A stretch of 64,000 nucleotides of DNA. Origin: Eledone cirrhosa. Lineage: Eukaryota. Made by a program: the position numbers and the translations under genes. The stretch is from positions 370,388,001-370,452,000 of the forward strand of contig OZ024743.1 of NCBI GenBank assembly GCA_964016885.1. Reading direction: 5' to 3'. Below, piece after piece: positions 36,190-49,500 of the stretch (the first letter of the stretch is position 1; every line of letters starts with the position of its first letter). Below the pieces are notes generated by a model. It was not told the DNA's origin and did not search any database. It saw only the letters and a program-made list of their open reading frames with translations.

Positions 36190-38415
36190 GAGGCAGATAA
36201 CCCCCTTTAACCGCTTTCTTGGAGTCGACGGACCTTCTTGACTTAGTCGCTAACATTTCCTTTCGCAAACACACCAACACCTTTCAAACGAAACTCAGAT
36301 ATCATATTAAGAAATTTAGGTCTTCTAATAACACCTTCGTTCTTTCCGACAAAACTAATAATATTTACGAAGTCGACAACACCACTTTCCGCCACCTGGC
36401 CCATAACGCTATTACTTCTAAATATAAGAAAGCTAACCATATGGCCTACCACGACATTAATACAGAAGCCAAGGAACTTGCCGCCGACCTTAAGGTAGAT
36501 AAGAAGCTACAATCTCTAGCTAAGCGGGAGGCGTTCCTCACCTTGAAAGATCACAAGGTAGACTTTACTTCTAACCCCACATGTAGACTAATAAACCCGG
36601 CACGCACAGATATGGGACTAGTCAGTAAGGCCATACTTAGAAACATGGCTAAGACCATTAGGACCAAGTCCAACCTGCCCCAGTGGGAGAACAACGACTC
36701 CGTAATTAAGTGGTTTAACTCTTTAAAATCCAAAAAAGCGAAGTTCACACAGTTCGACATTGTCGATTTTTACCCGTCGATCTCAGAGACCCTGTTAAAC
36801 AAAGCGTTGGACTTCGCTACGACTTATACCACCGTCGATGGTTTAGACAGGGAAATCATCGCTCACTGCCGGAAAACCCTCCTCTTCAACGACGGAGTAG
36901 CCTGGGCAAAGAAGTCTACAACTTCAGACCTATTCGACGTCTCCATGGGATCGTTTGACAGTGCTAACGTATGTGACTTGGTTGGCCTATTTATCTTAGA
37001 CATATTACGTGTTAGATTCCCGAACTTCCACACGGGAATATACCGCGACGATGGACTGACTTTATCGAGCCATAAAAGTGGTCACGACCTCGACCAGTTT
37101 AAAAATACTTAGCTTCTACCTTCAGTGAGTTATGACTTAGGATAACAGTAGCCACCAACCTCTCTAGCGTAGATTTCTTAGACATTAATTTAGACCTTCG
37201 CACACACACCCACAGACACTTCCATAGGCTAAACGAGAAACTCAATTACATTCACAAGGACTCATGTCACCCTCCCACTATTTTTAGAAACTTCGTTAAG
37301 AATATCAGTACTAGAATCTCAAAACGCTCCTCTAATAAGGATATCTTTGACAGGGTGGCACCCTACTATAACACGGCGTTGGCTAACAGCGGCTTCTCAC
37401 AACCTATCACTTACTCTCCCACTAGCAACAACACCATCAAGAAAAGTAAGCGCAACAATAGACAAACTATCTGGTTCTCTCCTCCCTTCTCACTCAACGT
37501 TAAAACCAATGTAGGAAAAAAATTTCTAGGCCTCTTTGATAGACACTTTCCCATAGGTCATAAATACCGATCCATCTTTAACCGACACAAAGTTAAACTA
37601 GGATACTCCTGCGCTAAGAACATGAAGGCCCACATCACCAGCAGCCCTAGGAGCAACACCCCACCAGGGTGCTCTTGCCGTAAGCCTGAAGCTTGCCCCC
37701 TTCAACAGCAATGCAACATACCAGCTGTAATTTATGAAGCTGTGGTCTCTTCCAACCGACCAAACGAACCACAGGAGGTCAAATCCTATGTGGGCATGGT
37801 GGAGGGCCGATTTAAGGAACATTTCCTGAACCACCAGTCTACCTTAAGATACCCGGAGAGACGTTCATCCACGAAACTCGCGAGCCACGTATGGTCCCTC
37901 AAGGACTCAAGTATAGACTACTCTATTCAATGGAAAACCATCACTAAGTCCAAGCCATACGCAAGGGGAAATCCGACGTGTGGCTTATGTATTGACGAAC
38001 GAATAACTATTCTAAAGAGATTACGTAATAGTGATTGCCTAAACACGAGAAATGAATTTTTTACACGTTGTCCACACGTCGCTAAACACCTATTGCATAA
38101 CTACAAGGCTCCGGACTGATTCTTTGTAATTTTATTTTCAACCTAAAAACTTTTCGGACTTTCGCAATTATCTCCCTTACACCTCTCGCACGCAGTCTAG
38201 TATTGTGTGTGTGAAGTGACCGCGTTTGTGCGCATGCGCGTTTGTATGGTTGTCCTTACTGTTCCTATAACCATGCCTATTTCGAGCTGAGGATCCGCTA
38301 AAGTAAAACAATTGTTCTCGGTATGGTGAACTAACTGCTGTGTAACCACTTCTACCTAACTCGTCCCATGGACTGAGTGCTCTACCACTACGGATATTAC
38401 CTTCCAGTGTTCCAC

Positions 38416-38420
<5 letters not shown>
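36190..38420 (+). mobile_element. Penelope-like element (RT + GIY-YIG), frameshifted
   Basis: DKT, LKDHK, RLINP, FDIVDFYPSI, MGS, YRDD (36219-37112); CSC..CPL...VIY...YVG...RF..H (37355-38119). Confidence 0.9.
38283..38320 (+). ncRNA. Minimal type I hammerhead remnant in the PLE 3' region
   Basis: CGAG-CTGAGGA-(weak stem II)-AAAAC-AATT-GTT-CTCG; stems I and III intact, GAAA box mutated to AAAA. Confidence 0.55.

Positions 38421-38479
<59 letters not shown>
38419..38479. repeat. (TA)n microsatellite; others at about 40410, 40740, 40977, 41398, 45350, 50945, 51786, 54882; (CA)n at 38575 and 54005-54356
   Basis: Read directly from the sequence. Confidence 0.97.
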
Positions 38480-38483
<4 letters not shown>

Positions 38484-38573
38484 ACAGGGAGAAAAAGACG
38501 ATTATTAGGAAGAAAAAAAATATATATATAGATGCATGTTTGTGTGTGTGTGCAGACACATTGTAACTTCCCC

Positions 38574-38608
<35 letters not shown>

Positions 38609-38817
38609 TTCACACACACACAGTCACAGTACGTCTTGTGTGAAAGAGAGAGAGAAAGAGATGTAAGGTTTATGAAAGGGGAGAGTTTAACAGTGTGTAA
38701 AGAATAAATAATTAAAAGTTAAAGTTATCGAATGCTGCTATCATTTTCTCCCCTCTCCAATTCCTCTCACTCTCTTTCTTTCTTTCTCAACCCTCTCACT
38801 CTTTCTCTTTTCTCATA

Positions 38818-38848
<31 letters not shown>

Positions 38849-39289
38849 ATACCTCTCTTTCTCTACAGAATAGAGAACAATCAAGAACCCACATTGTCAT
38901 CTGCTTTGTTTGAAGTTTCTTTATGTATATTTCTAATAAGTTGTTGCCTTATTTTGGACAACTGAGTTGTGGGAGGAGGAAGGAGTGTAATCGGAGGGAG
39001 GGTTTAACATACAGTAGTAGGATCTCCTCTTCCCCCGCTCTCACTGAAACTTCTTCTCTTTCCTCCTCCATTGTAAAGATATCTCCAGGAGTTCCATTAT
39101 TAGCCAGTCCTGTTTCTGAATACTAGCTGAACATGTGTGTAAAGTTTCATCAGGATCGGATCACAGGTGTAGCGCCAACTGGTGATACACAGATACACGG
39201 ATACACAGATACACAGACAGAGAAATTGCCATTTATATAGTAGATTGCTTGGTTTCATGAACAAAGATTATGAAGAAGGTGGTCCACAT

Positions 39290-39660
39290 TGACTGCAGGC
39301 ATGCTCTTGGCCAATTAGGCCAATGCATGACAGGCAGGGATGACCGCAGCGGCTGCAGCTGTATGTCTGGTTAAGGTTTAATGAGTTGGTGTTGTGGTTC
39401 TTCATCCTGTGCCTTCTGTCTTTGAGGGTGACCCTGTGGGTGTTTTCAAAGGAGGAGACATCAAGTTTGATGTCACTGTTCTCAGTTAGGTTGGGCTACC
39501 GGTGATGGTCAATATGACAGGCTCCAAGAGATTTTTCAAACAGTCCTTGTATCGCTTCCTTGGTGCCCCCTCTCCTGTCACGCTGGCCGGTGGAAAGTTC
39601 ATCGTACAGTGTGATCCTGGACAGGCAATGATCTTTTATCCTGGAGACGTGCACTGTTCC
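39290..39660 (-). mobile_element. RTE-BovB-like 3' fragment
   Basis: Reverse strand reads LYDELS...GAPRKRYKDCLKKSL...CSQCG. Confidence 0.65.
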
Positions 39661-39969
39661 GCCTGTTGAATGAAGGACTTCAACATTGGTGTAAAAGTCT
39701 CTCTAGTGGATGTTGAGTTTCGAGCAGAGGCAGCACTGATAGAGGCACTTGAGGAGGGTCCACTTCTTCAGGTGTTTATTGTTCCACGCACATTCTCCCC
39801 CTCTTCTTATTTTCTTCCTAATTTTTTTATTTTAAAAACATTTTTGGTTTTCCATTTGTGTTTTATCCAATGACGGGCAACTGCCTGATACGTAACTCTC
39901 TTTTAAGTGTGAAACCCATACGACTTTATGTTAATGCATCCTCTTGTTTGTTCGATATATAAAATTAAT

Positions 39970-40407
39970 CTACTCTGTTTGCTGAAAATTTAAATAAGTG
40001 ACATTGTCACTATTTTAAAACAATAGCGTATGGTCTTCAAAATGCTTTTAATTAAGCATACAGTGTATTGCAAAACACACTATATATACATTCATATATA
40101 TATATCGCAATTTCAGAGCACCAATTCTAATTTTCAATTTCTGCTGGACCGGCGACCGCTCTGTATAATCAGTTGCTGATTATTACTGGAATACTATAAG
40201 AATCTAACACACATAATTTTCAGCAAACAGGAGGAGTAGTGAGCTTTGATAAGTACCAAAAGTACGAAACATAGCTCTGGCAGTTTATCTCTCCTGTTTG
40301 CTGAAAATTTAAATGTGACATTGTCACTATTTTAAAACGATAGTGTATGGTCTTCAAAATGCTTTTAATTAAGCATACAGTGTATTGCAAAATATACTAT
40401 ATATACA

Positions 40408-40415
<8 letters not shown>
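39970..40415. repeat. About 130-bp direct repeat pair (39970-40100, 40290-40415) around a degenerate hammerhead-like core
   Basis: CTGTTTGCTGAAAATTTAAAT...GTATTGCAAAA..CACTATATATACATTC duplicated; GAGCT-TTGATAA-GTAC-CAAAA-GTAC-GAAAC-AT-AGCTC at 40241-40277. Confidence 0.7.
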
Positions 40416-40451
<36 letters not shown>

Positions 40452-40596
40452 CAATGAGACAATTAATTTGTTGATTTTTCAACAAATTTAGTTTATAACA
40501 GATTAGAAGCACTCAACAAGTACTTCTGGAGTACAATATCAAAAATATTAATAAATGGAAACTATCTTTTATAAAACCATATTTATTTTATTATAT

Positions 40597-41932
<1,336 letters not shown>

Positions 41933-42588
41933 ATTTCAAGGGTACCAAAATTTTGGTACGCGCTCATAAGATAAAATACAAAATTCGTTTTACAGATAGT
42001 GACATATTCAAAACTAGAACTTAATGTTGTGAGTTCTATTTGAATAGTGAAGAAGAACTTCAAATCTACAAGTTGAATATACTAATGAGTATAATGTTGA
42101 AATTGAAAAAGATCGTTATGTTTAGACGCTAGGTAAATTAAAATAATTATTACGATTATTTTTTTTTATAAGGAAAAGGAAATATAGGTTATTATAAGGG
42201 TGGAAGAAAATTTAATGAAAGATTAAAAAATATATATATATATTGAAGTTAATAACAGACTATTTATAAGAATATACATATATAATTGTCCAGAACATAT
42301 TTGTGAGGCTGTAGAGAGAATGAAATAATCATATTTATTTTTATTTATTTTATTATTTAATTATATATTTTGGAAGTATTAATAATATAATGTGTGAATT
42401 ATAAATAAATGTATTAAAGTGAGATAATATTAATTTAAAATGTGAGAGATATTGTATTCATATATACGATTGGCTCTATTCTATTGGTGTGTTTTAATAT
42501 TATGAAGATAGTATTTATAAGTATATTTTATGAAGATTACAGTTATAAGTATATTTTATTTTATTATATTACACTAGGTTAGTTACAC

Positions 42589-42703
42589 TGAGTTCAAATC
42601 CCGCCAAGGTTAACTTTGCCTTTCATCCTTACGGGGTCGATAAAATAAAATACCAGTAATGTGCTGCGTAATTGCTGGCCTTGTGCCAATAGTAGAAACA
42701 ATT
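42589..42703 (+). mobile_element. 5'-truncated SINE with target-site duplication
   Basis: GAGTTCAAATCCCGCC...GGGGTCGATAAA...GTAGAAACA; ATTATATTACACTAGGTTAGTTA occurs on both sides. Confidence 0.8.
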
Positions 42704-43499
42704 ATATTACACTAGGTTAGTTAAATATATATAAATAGTTTTGGTGAATATATACGTTATTTATTTAATAGATAAATAATTTATATATTTTTGTATATGA
42801 AAAGTTACGATATTTTGTGTGAATATATGTTTACATTTTCAATATATGGTTTAAGAAAATGGAAGTAGTTCTATTTTAGTATAGAAGATGAATACTATTT
42901 TGTATATTCAATAGTTGCATCAAGATAGCAATAAATTTACGAAATTTCAATATTTATGTAAAGTTTAGCTGTTACTTAGATAATATGTGTAGGCATGTTT
43001 CATTTCAAAGGAAAGGATAACTCTAATATTTCTTAATTTAAAGAGTTAAGTTATATTTAACGTTTATTCTAGAATTTACTTTCAGATAATATTCTAATTG
43101 TAGTATGTGGAAAAATTATTTTATATATGATTTTAGAGTATCATATATTACATATTTTCTAAGATAAAAATGTTTGTATGTATTTTGATAACATTACTTA
43201 TATCTATGCATAAATTTAATGAATATTAAGTATTTGTATGTATAGATTTATAATGCCTATAGAGTCTATTAGAAAAGTATTCAACAAACATCCAAAATAT
43301 ATTTTTTTAAATATCATTAAAAACATCACAAAAAAAATATATTCAAAAATATCATTAAAAACATCTAAAAAAAAAACCTCAACAAAGCACGACGAAGACA
43401 TATAAAATATAATTAGGTAAGATATAGAGGCTATAAATAATATTTTCTATAGATTATAGATACTTCTCAAAGTTTTGGACTGACGATGCATACAAGAAT

Positions 43500-43810
43500 T
43501 AAATAATTCTTTCTTTTTGTTTATAGCGTTTTTTTTTTTATTGGTAATTATGTGAAAGATTTCTTCGATACATAAATGACAAATTCTTGAGAGAGCCATA
43601 TTTTGCTATGCGGGCGCTTCCGAAACCATTCTCCAAGAAATTGAATTGTCAATATTATTGTATTTTAAGTACCAAATTAGATGTGAAAGTGAAGTTGAGA
43701 ATTTTTTGTTCGATCTATTAAATGTGTGTTTGTGATTGTACCAGCGTTCCGTAAATTTTATAGAAGTGGCTCCTATATAGTTAAATAATTTATCTCTAGT
43801 TTTTACGGTG
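43500..43810 (-). mobile_element. PLE GIY-YIG fragment
   Basis: YIGATSIKFTERWYNHKHTF...STSLSHLIWYLK...ISW...CHLCIEE. Confidence 0.8.
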
Positions 43811-45100
43811 AATTTGTGGGGCGACCCAAGAAGACCTGGGAGGAGGTGATAAAAGTGGACCTTGCCCAATTGCACATCTCAATGGCAATGACACAGGACC
43901 ATGATGTCTGGTCACGCAGTAATACAGAATATTAATAAGAATATTAATAATAATATTCAGCCAATTTTTTAAAACCATGTCAATAGAATGAGCCCCTCAT
44001 TCTTGCTCTTGTATTGGCATGTAAACAGAAGGCCAGACACTAATGTTTCTGGGTGATTACACTTCATCAGTACAGTATACTGCTTACCTGCCAAGTGTCA
44101 GAGCTAGTGAAAATATATGATATTTTCTGAAATATACAGTGATTGATCGGCTTGATTTGCATATTAGCAGACTGCCTGATCACTCAGATCTGCATATTAG
44201 CAGACCTACTGATTAGCCAGATTTGCATATCAGCAAATAGACCGGTCAATTTCATGTATACGAGCGATTAATGGCCAGCTTTGCCATATTCAAATAACTA
44301 ACAGATAATTTATCGCTCTACATGGCTGAATACAATAAATGTAATCAAATATTAATAATAATATTCGATTCATTTGCAATTATGCAAACACCCTCTTTTC
44401 AAGCCATGTCAGTAGAATGACCCCTATTAGGTAACAGAGAAAATGCTTACATCTTCTTGCTTACATCTCACACACATCGACACGGTCTGTACCTCTCTCG
44501 CTCATGAAATCCACCCAGCTTATGCTGACCGGACAACCATGTTGCTTGTTTATTTTCCTATCTTCGGTTTATTTTTATCTTTCTATGTTGTTTACTTGTC
44601 CCCCTCGCTTTACGCGAATTACTGGTCCCAATAACTTTTTTTAGTTATTGCTCGCACCAACCTGAGGCATCTGATTTTTAATGCGATAAAATACCAATGA
44701 TGGTTGGAAAATCACTGACGAAGGACTATTTTTATCATATGTAACCCATGTGCAAACCACGCAGTATTCTTCTTTCTCCTCATGTTATATATATATATAT
44801 ATCACGATAAATTAATGATCTCAGGATTCCTCCTCCTTTGAGCACATTATTGACAGGGAATAGCGAGAGTCTATGGCTCCGTTAATTTATCGTGATATTT
44901 CGTTCCTTATAACGGTCTTTCCTCTCTCTCTCTGTTTGGTTGAGCACACTTGTCTGAGTGGTTTTGGGCTGCCCTTTCTAGCAGCTCGTCCCTCAGACAT
45001 CACTGGTTCACTGCCCTAAACACGCTGTGATATCTCTCTCCCGCGTGAAGCTGGACGGTCGCTTTAGATTCTCTTAGAGTTGTCTGAAATGTATAGCCTT

Positions 45101-45181
45101 ACACACGCTGATGAACCATGGGCTATTTTATTTCAGTCAACAACTTATTGGCGAAACAGATCTTTGTATTTGTACGTGTGT
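45101..45181 (+). ncRNA. Type I hammerhead ribozyme motif
   Basis: Stem I ACACACG/CGTGTGT; CTGATGA 45108-45114; stem II CCA...TGG with A.C mismatch at the base; GAAA 45153-45156; stem III ACAGAT/ATTTGT; GUA cleavage triplet ending at 45174. Confidence 0.7.
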
Positions 45182-45350
45182 GTTATATAGTTATAGAGGT
45201 ATGTATATACACTTTAATTTATATTTTTAATTATCGTGTGTCTACCCTGCCTTTCATAGGTTATAGATTCCATACACTGGTCGTTTTTCCCTGTTTTATT
45301 GATGGCGCACTATCTCTCTCTAGTGTGTTACCTTTTCAACATATTGTATA

Positions 45351-45449
<99 letters not shown>

Positions 45450-45678
45450 ATGTAGAAAAGTAAACACTCAATCTGATATATATGAAATAGTAAACAAGAA
45501 AATAGTAAAAAGAAAAAAACAGTAGAAAAGGCTAAAGGGATTTGCTCTCAGAATTTCCGTATTATTTGTACTGGTTTCAGCTTGTAGGCTTCTTCATATG
45601 ACGGAAGTGTATAATGCAATTAAATTGCATATTAATAAGAACAATAAGAATATGGGGAAAAAATGTTTTTACATACAG

Positions 45679-46559
45679 ACGAGGTGGGTCAGAAAAGTTC
45701 CAGGACTGATGTCACAATAGATTTATTTCAAACCCAAACTTCACACTAAGAGTTTTCTCCTTCAAAGTAATCCTCCTGGAGTCTAATGCACTTTTCCATC
45801 CTTTTCCGCCACACTTGCCTGCACTCCTGGAAGGATTATTCCGGGATCCTCCGCAGTTCCGTCGTCACGGCCTTTTTGATGTCGTCCACGTCTTCAAAAC
45901 GGGTCCCCTCCAGGTCGTACTCGAAGATCTATGATTCATCACCGGTGATGACTGTCCCTAGTAAGTCTGGTTCGGTTTCAAGACGCTCGAGGATTTCCTG
46001 GCACACTTGCATGCATCGACCCTTCTGGTCATCGTTCATGAGTTTTGGCACCATCTTCGCGCAGACTTTCCGCATGTCCAAATCTTCAGTGAGAATCTTC
46101 CAGACGCTGTCCCGATTCATGCCCAGCTCATTTGCCATCAGTCGAACAGTCAGCCGACGATCGCTACGCACCATCTGGCTGACGCGCTCAACGTTGACCT
46201 CAGTCCTTGTTGTTGAGGGCCTTCCGCTTCTGGGTCATCTTCCACGTCCTCGCATCCTTCTTTAAACCTCTTGCACCACTCAAAACCACGTGAGCGTGAC
46301 ATCGTCTCATCTCCATATACTTGCTGTAGTAATCCCAGTGCTTCTGACGGAGTTTTCAAGTTTGTTCGTTGCTCTGTGCTCATTGCTTGACGACTTGAAA
46401 CAGAGGACATGTATATAAAATTATGAAGAAAAAAGTTTGATCGTTGCAGAGAGCTAAGATTACAGTTACATACTCCAGGGGGATTACTTCGAAGGAGAAA
46501 ACTCTTAGTGTGAAGTTTGGGTTTGACATCAGTCCTGGAACTTTTCTGAGATACCTCGT
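45679..46559 (-). mobile_element. Mariner element, internally deleted, extended TIRs
   Basis: TIR ACGAGGT..TCAGAAAAGTTCCAGGACTGATGTCA on both ends plus about 55 bp of subterminal IR; HTH (VYGDETMSRS..FEW..RFK), MVPK, ITGDES; catalytic middle deleted near 45910. Confidence 0.9.
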
Positions 46560-46750
46560 ATATATAGAAAGAAAATTTCATATTCTTGTCTGTAGTTTTC
46601 TTTCTTTCTCTCTTAGTGTTGACCTTAGCTGTGTCACCATTAATAGTGGAACTAGCAGGGAAGAATTAGTTCGTTCTGTTTAAGGTGTTGACTTTGACTG
46701 TCGAAGTCAACAGCTTAAACAAGCTGAAACCGGTTTTTTTCTTTTTTTAC

Positions 46751-46785
<35 letters not shown>

Positions 46786-47138
46786 AAGGTTAAACAAGGT
46801 TCAATGAATAAATCAAAGAATAAAGTTTTACAATAGATTAGAAGCACTCCACAAAATGATTTTCCGGAGTTATTAATATTAATTCAAAATATTAACAAAA
46901 ATAGACATTCGTGTGATCCAGTATATTTTAATATATATATTTCAGAGGTACTGAGCTATCTTCAACAGTATGACTGAATTTTAACCATCTACTTAGTCAG
47001 GGTATGTCATGTATCATATTATTTTATCTGATGAGGACGTACTGTTGAAGATAGCTCAGTACCTCTGCTGTGCGAGCGAGACATGATCTCCCGACCTTTC
47101 CCGCATCAAATGGAACAACACCGTCTAACCCATGATGA

Positions 47139-47173
<35 letters not shown>

Positions 47174-47175
<2 letters not shown>

Positions 47176-48065
47176 CATCATCATCGTTTAACGTCCATCT
47201 TTCACGCTAGCATGGGTTAGACGGTGTTGGTCCATTTGATGCGGGAAAGGTCGGGAGATCATGTCTCGCTCGCACAGAAGTGTCTCTGGCAGGTTTTTTT
47301 ACAGCTGGGTGCCCTTCCTAACACCAACCACATTCACAGTGTGAACTGGGACCCTTTTTACTATGTCTTCTACACGGCCACCTTACAGTGTGGACTGTTG
47401 TGTCATCGACACAGTGGATGGAACGGGACAGGGAGGGTGGAGTAGGGTGTGGCGGTGTGGTGTACATTGAGTTAAGAGTTGCCTACTGTCTGTAGGTTTG
47501 TATGCAATTGTAGTCGGGACTTCAGTACAACTGCATGGCGCCAAAGGTCTCAATCCAGTGTCATTGTGTTAGAGAGGTGTAGGTGGGCAAGGTCAGTATC
47601 ATGTCGTCCCAGGTTTTTCTTGGTCTACCCACTCCGCAGGTTCCATCAATTTTCATTGCCCTGCACTTTTTTATACAGCTGTCGTCCTTCATACGCATCA
47701 CATGTCCATACCAACGCAATCTCCTCTCCAGAACATTTGATACCTCTTATGCTTAGTCTCCCTCTTAGTTCGTTTACTCCATCCTCCCACTTCCATCCAC
47801 TGTAAGGTGGTCGTGTTGGTGACACGACAAAAAGTGCCCAGTCCAGACTGTAAAGTGGTTGTGTAGAAGACATGTTAAAAAGGCTCCCCAGTCCACACTG
47901 TAAATGTGGTTCGTGATAGGAAGGGCATCCAGCCATAGGAAACCTGCCAGAAACAGTTCTGTACAAGCGAGACAAAGTCCCCGACCAATCTTGCCTCAAG
48001 TGGGACAAAGCCGTCCACGCTATGCTAGCGTGGAAGATGGACGTTAAACAATGATGATGATGACG
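47174..48065 (-). mobile_element. RTE 3' fragment with an inverted copy of its own 3' UTR
   Basis: Coding remnant (GRPRKTW) at about 47600-47770; 47174-47400 mirrored at 47800-48065 (CATCATCGTTTAACGTCCATC / GATGGACGTTAAACAATGATG); same UTR at 54965. Confidence 0.72.
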
Positions 48066-48159
48066 ATGTACATACATGCATAATTATATATATATATGTA
48101 TATATGAATATATATGCGTATATGAATATGAATATATGCATACGAATTAGAATTATATG

Positions 48160-48555
48160 ATATAGAAGACAACTGGAATATCTTATGCGACAACCTACTG
48201 CATGCAACTGAAGGGACTTGTGGCTGGAGCCAAGCTCCAACTAGACAGACGGTGACTTGGTGGTTGAACATTAAGGACAAAACACAAGCATTGGATAATG
48301 GGGAAAGTAGAGACCGGTACTCAGCCGCTAATAGAGAATGTACATACCACACAGGGAAGCTGAGAATAAGAGGTTTGCCAGCCATTGCTTTGCAACATGA
48401 GGATCAGAGACGTGAGATGTTTTGCATTGCAAGGTAATGTGTCAGGGTAAATCAGGTTGTTGTTGGAGATAAGTGTGTCCAAAATGATGCCGGTGCACTA
48501 GCATCATTGAAGCTCAGAAAAAAGAGGCCTGGAAATGTCATTATGAGAGACTACT
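48160..48555 (+). mobile_element. RTE internal fragment
   Basis: VTWWLN...QHEDQRREMFCIAR...WKCHYERL; same family as 31043-31435. Confidence 0.75.
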
Positions 48556-49199
48556 ACTTTTACTACTACTATGATGATTAATTTGATGCTTTGACTTCTG
48601 CTGCTGATATTGAGGAGGGCTAATAATAGAAAAATGAGTGATATTGAGATAGATCTCTTTCTGAATCTTGTTTTTCACATGCTTATGTCATTTGGATCAC
48701 AGTATTCTAAGAAACTTCATCTTTCTTCATTCTTCAAGTCATGCCCATAGATTCTATGTACTTCATAGTAGCCACCTTCGAGCTGCTCATTAAAGTTATA
48801 ATAATGGAATTGTTATTGGGATGGTATGCAAAACATGATCATAGAAATTACTCTACTTTTGTTCATTTGCCAGTCACAATTGTAGGGTAAAACAGAGATA
48901 ACAGTTGTTTTATTGTCTATGACTAGTGTGAGTTTGGCAATTCTGTTGCATACTCTAACTACCCCAATTACTTTATCTATTTAGTTCTCACTTTACAGTA
49001 CCCCCTACTTTACATAACTTATCATGGTTACCTTCCCAGACTAAGGAGTCTGGTTGAGGTGCCCCTCTAACTCATGCCTTGCACATAGCATACATCTCTG
49101 CTGCAGCATCTCCACAATTTTATCAGATCTACCTTTTATTGTGCCAATGTTGACAGTTACAGCTCTGAAATATTTTACCTAATCTTATTCTTCTTTTCG

Positions 49200-49500
49200 T
49201 ATCTTCGAAGCAAGTGGTTATATGACAGTTTCCCATTTCTTTACACAGTCCTTTGCATTATTATTAAATTCTGCGAGATCTTTTAAGCTGCACTGGTTGG
49301 GTAGTAGAGGGCAAACAAGGCAGTGCTGCATCGTATGGTCCTCCTCTCCACATTCGCAGATGGTTGGGCCGGTCTTGTAGCCCCATCTGGCCATAGCAGC
49401 TTTTGATCGCCCCATTCCTGTTCTCAGGTGGTTGAGTGTCTTCTGAGACTCAACCACCTGAGCCAGGAGGGAGGGCTTGAGAAGGGAGGATTCCCATGTC
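49200..49500 (-). mobile_element. Non-LTR retrotransposon 3' end (Ingi/Vingi-like zinc finger)
   Basis: LNHLRTGMGR...WGY...CECG...TMQHCLVCP; clade assignment tentative. Confidence 0.65.

Larger units (their letters stand above)
36043..39245 (+). mobile_element. Non-autonomous Helentron/DINE-like element carrying a nested PLE
   Basis: 5' ACTAG...CCCGATGTTGCTCGGG hairpin; 3' AAAGTTTCATCAGGATCGG...ACAGA repeats...TTTATATAGTAGAT; same architecture at 40597-41932. Family assignment from recalled terminal motifs. Confidence 0.6.
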
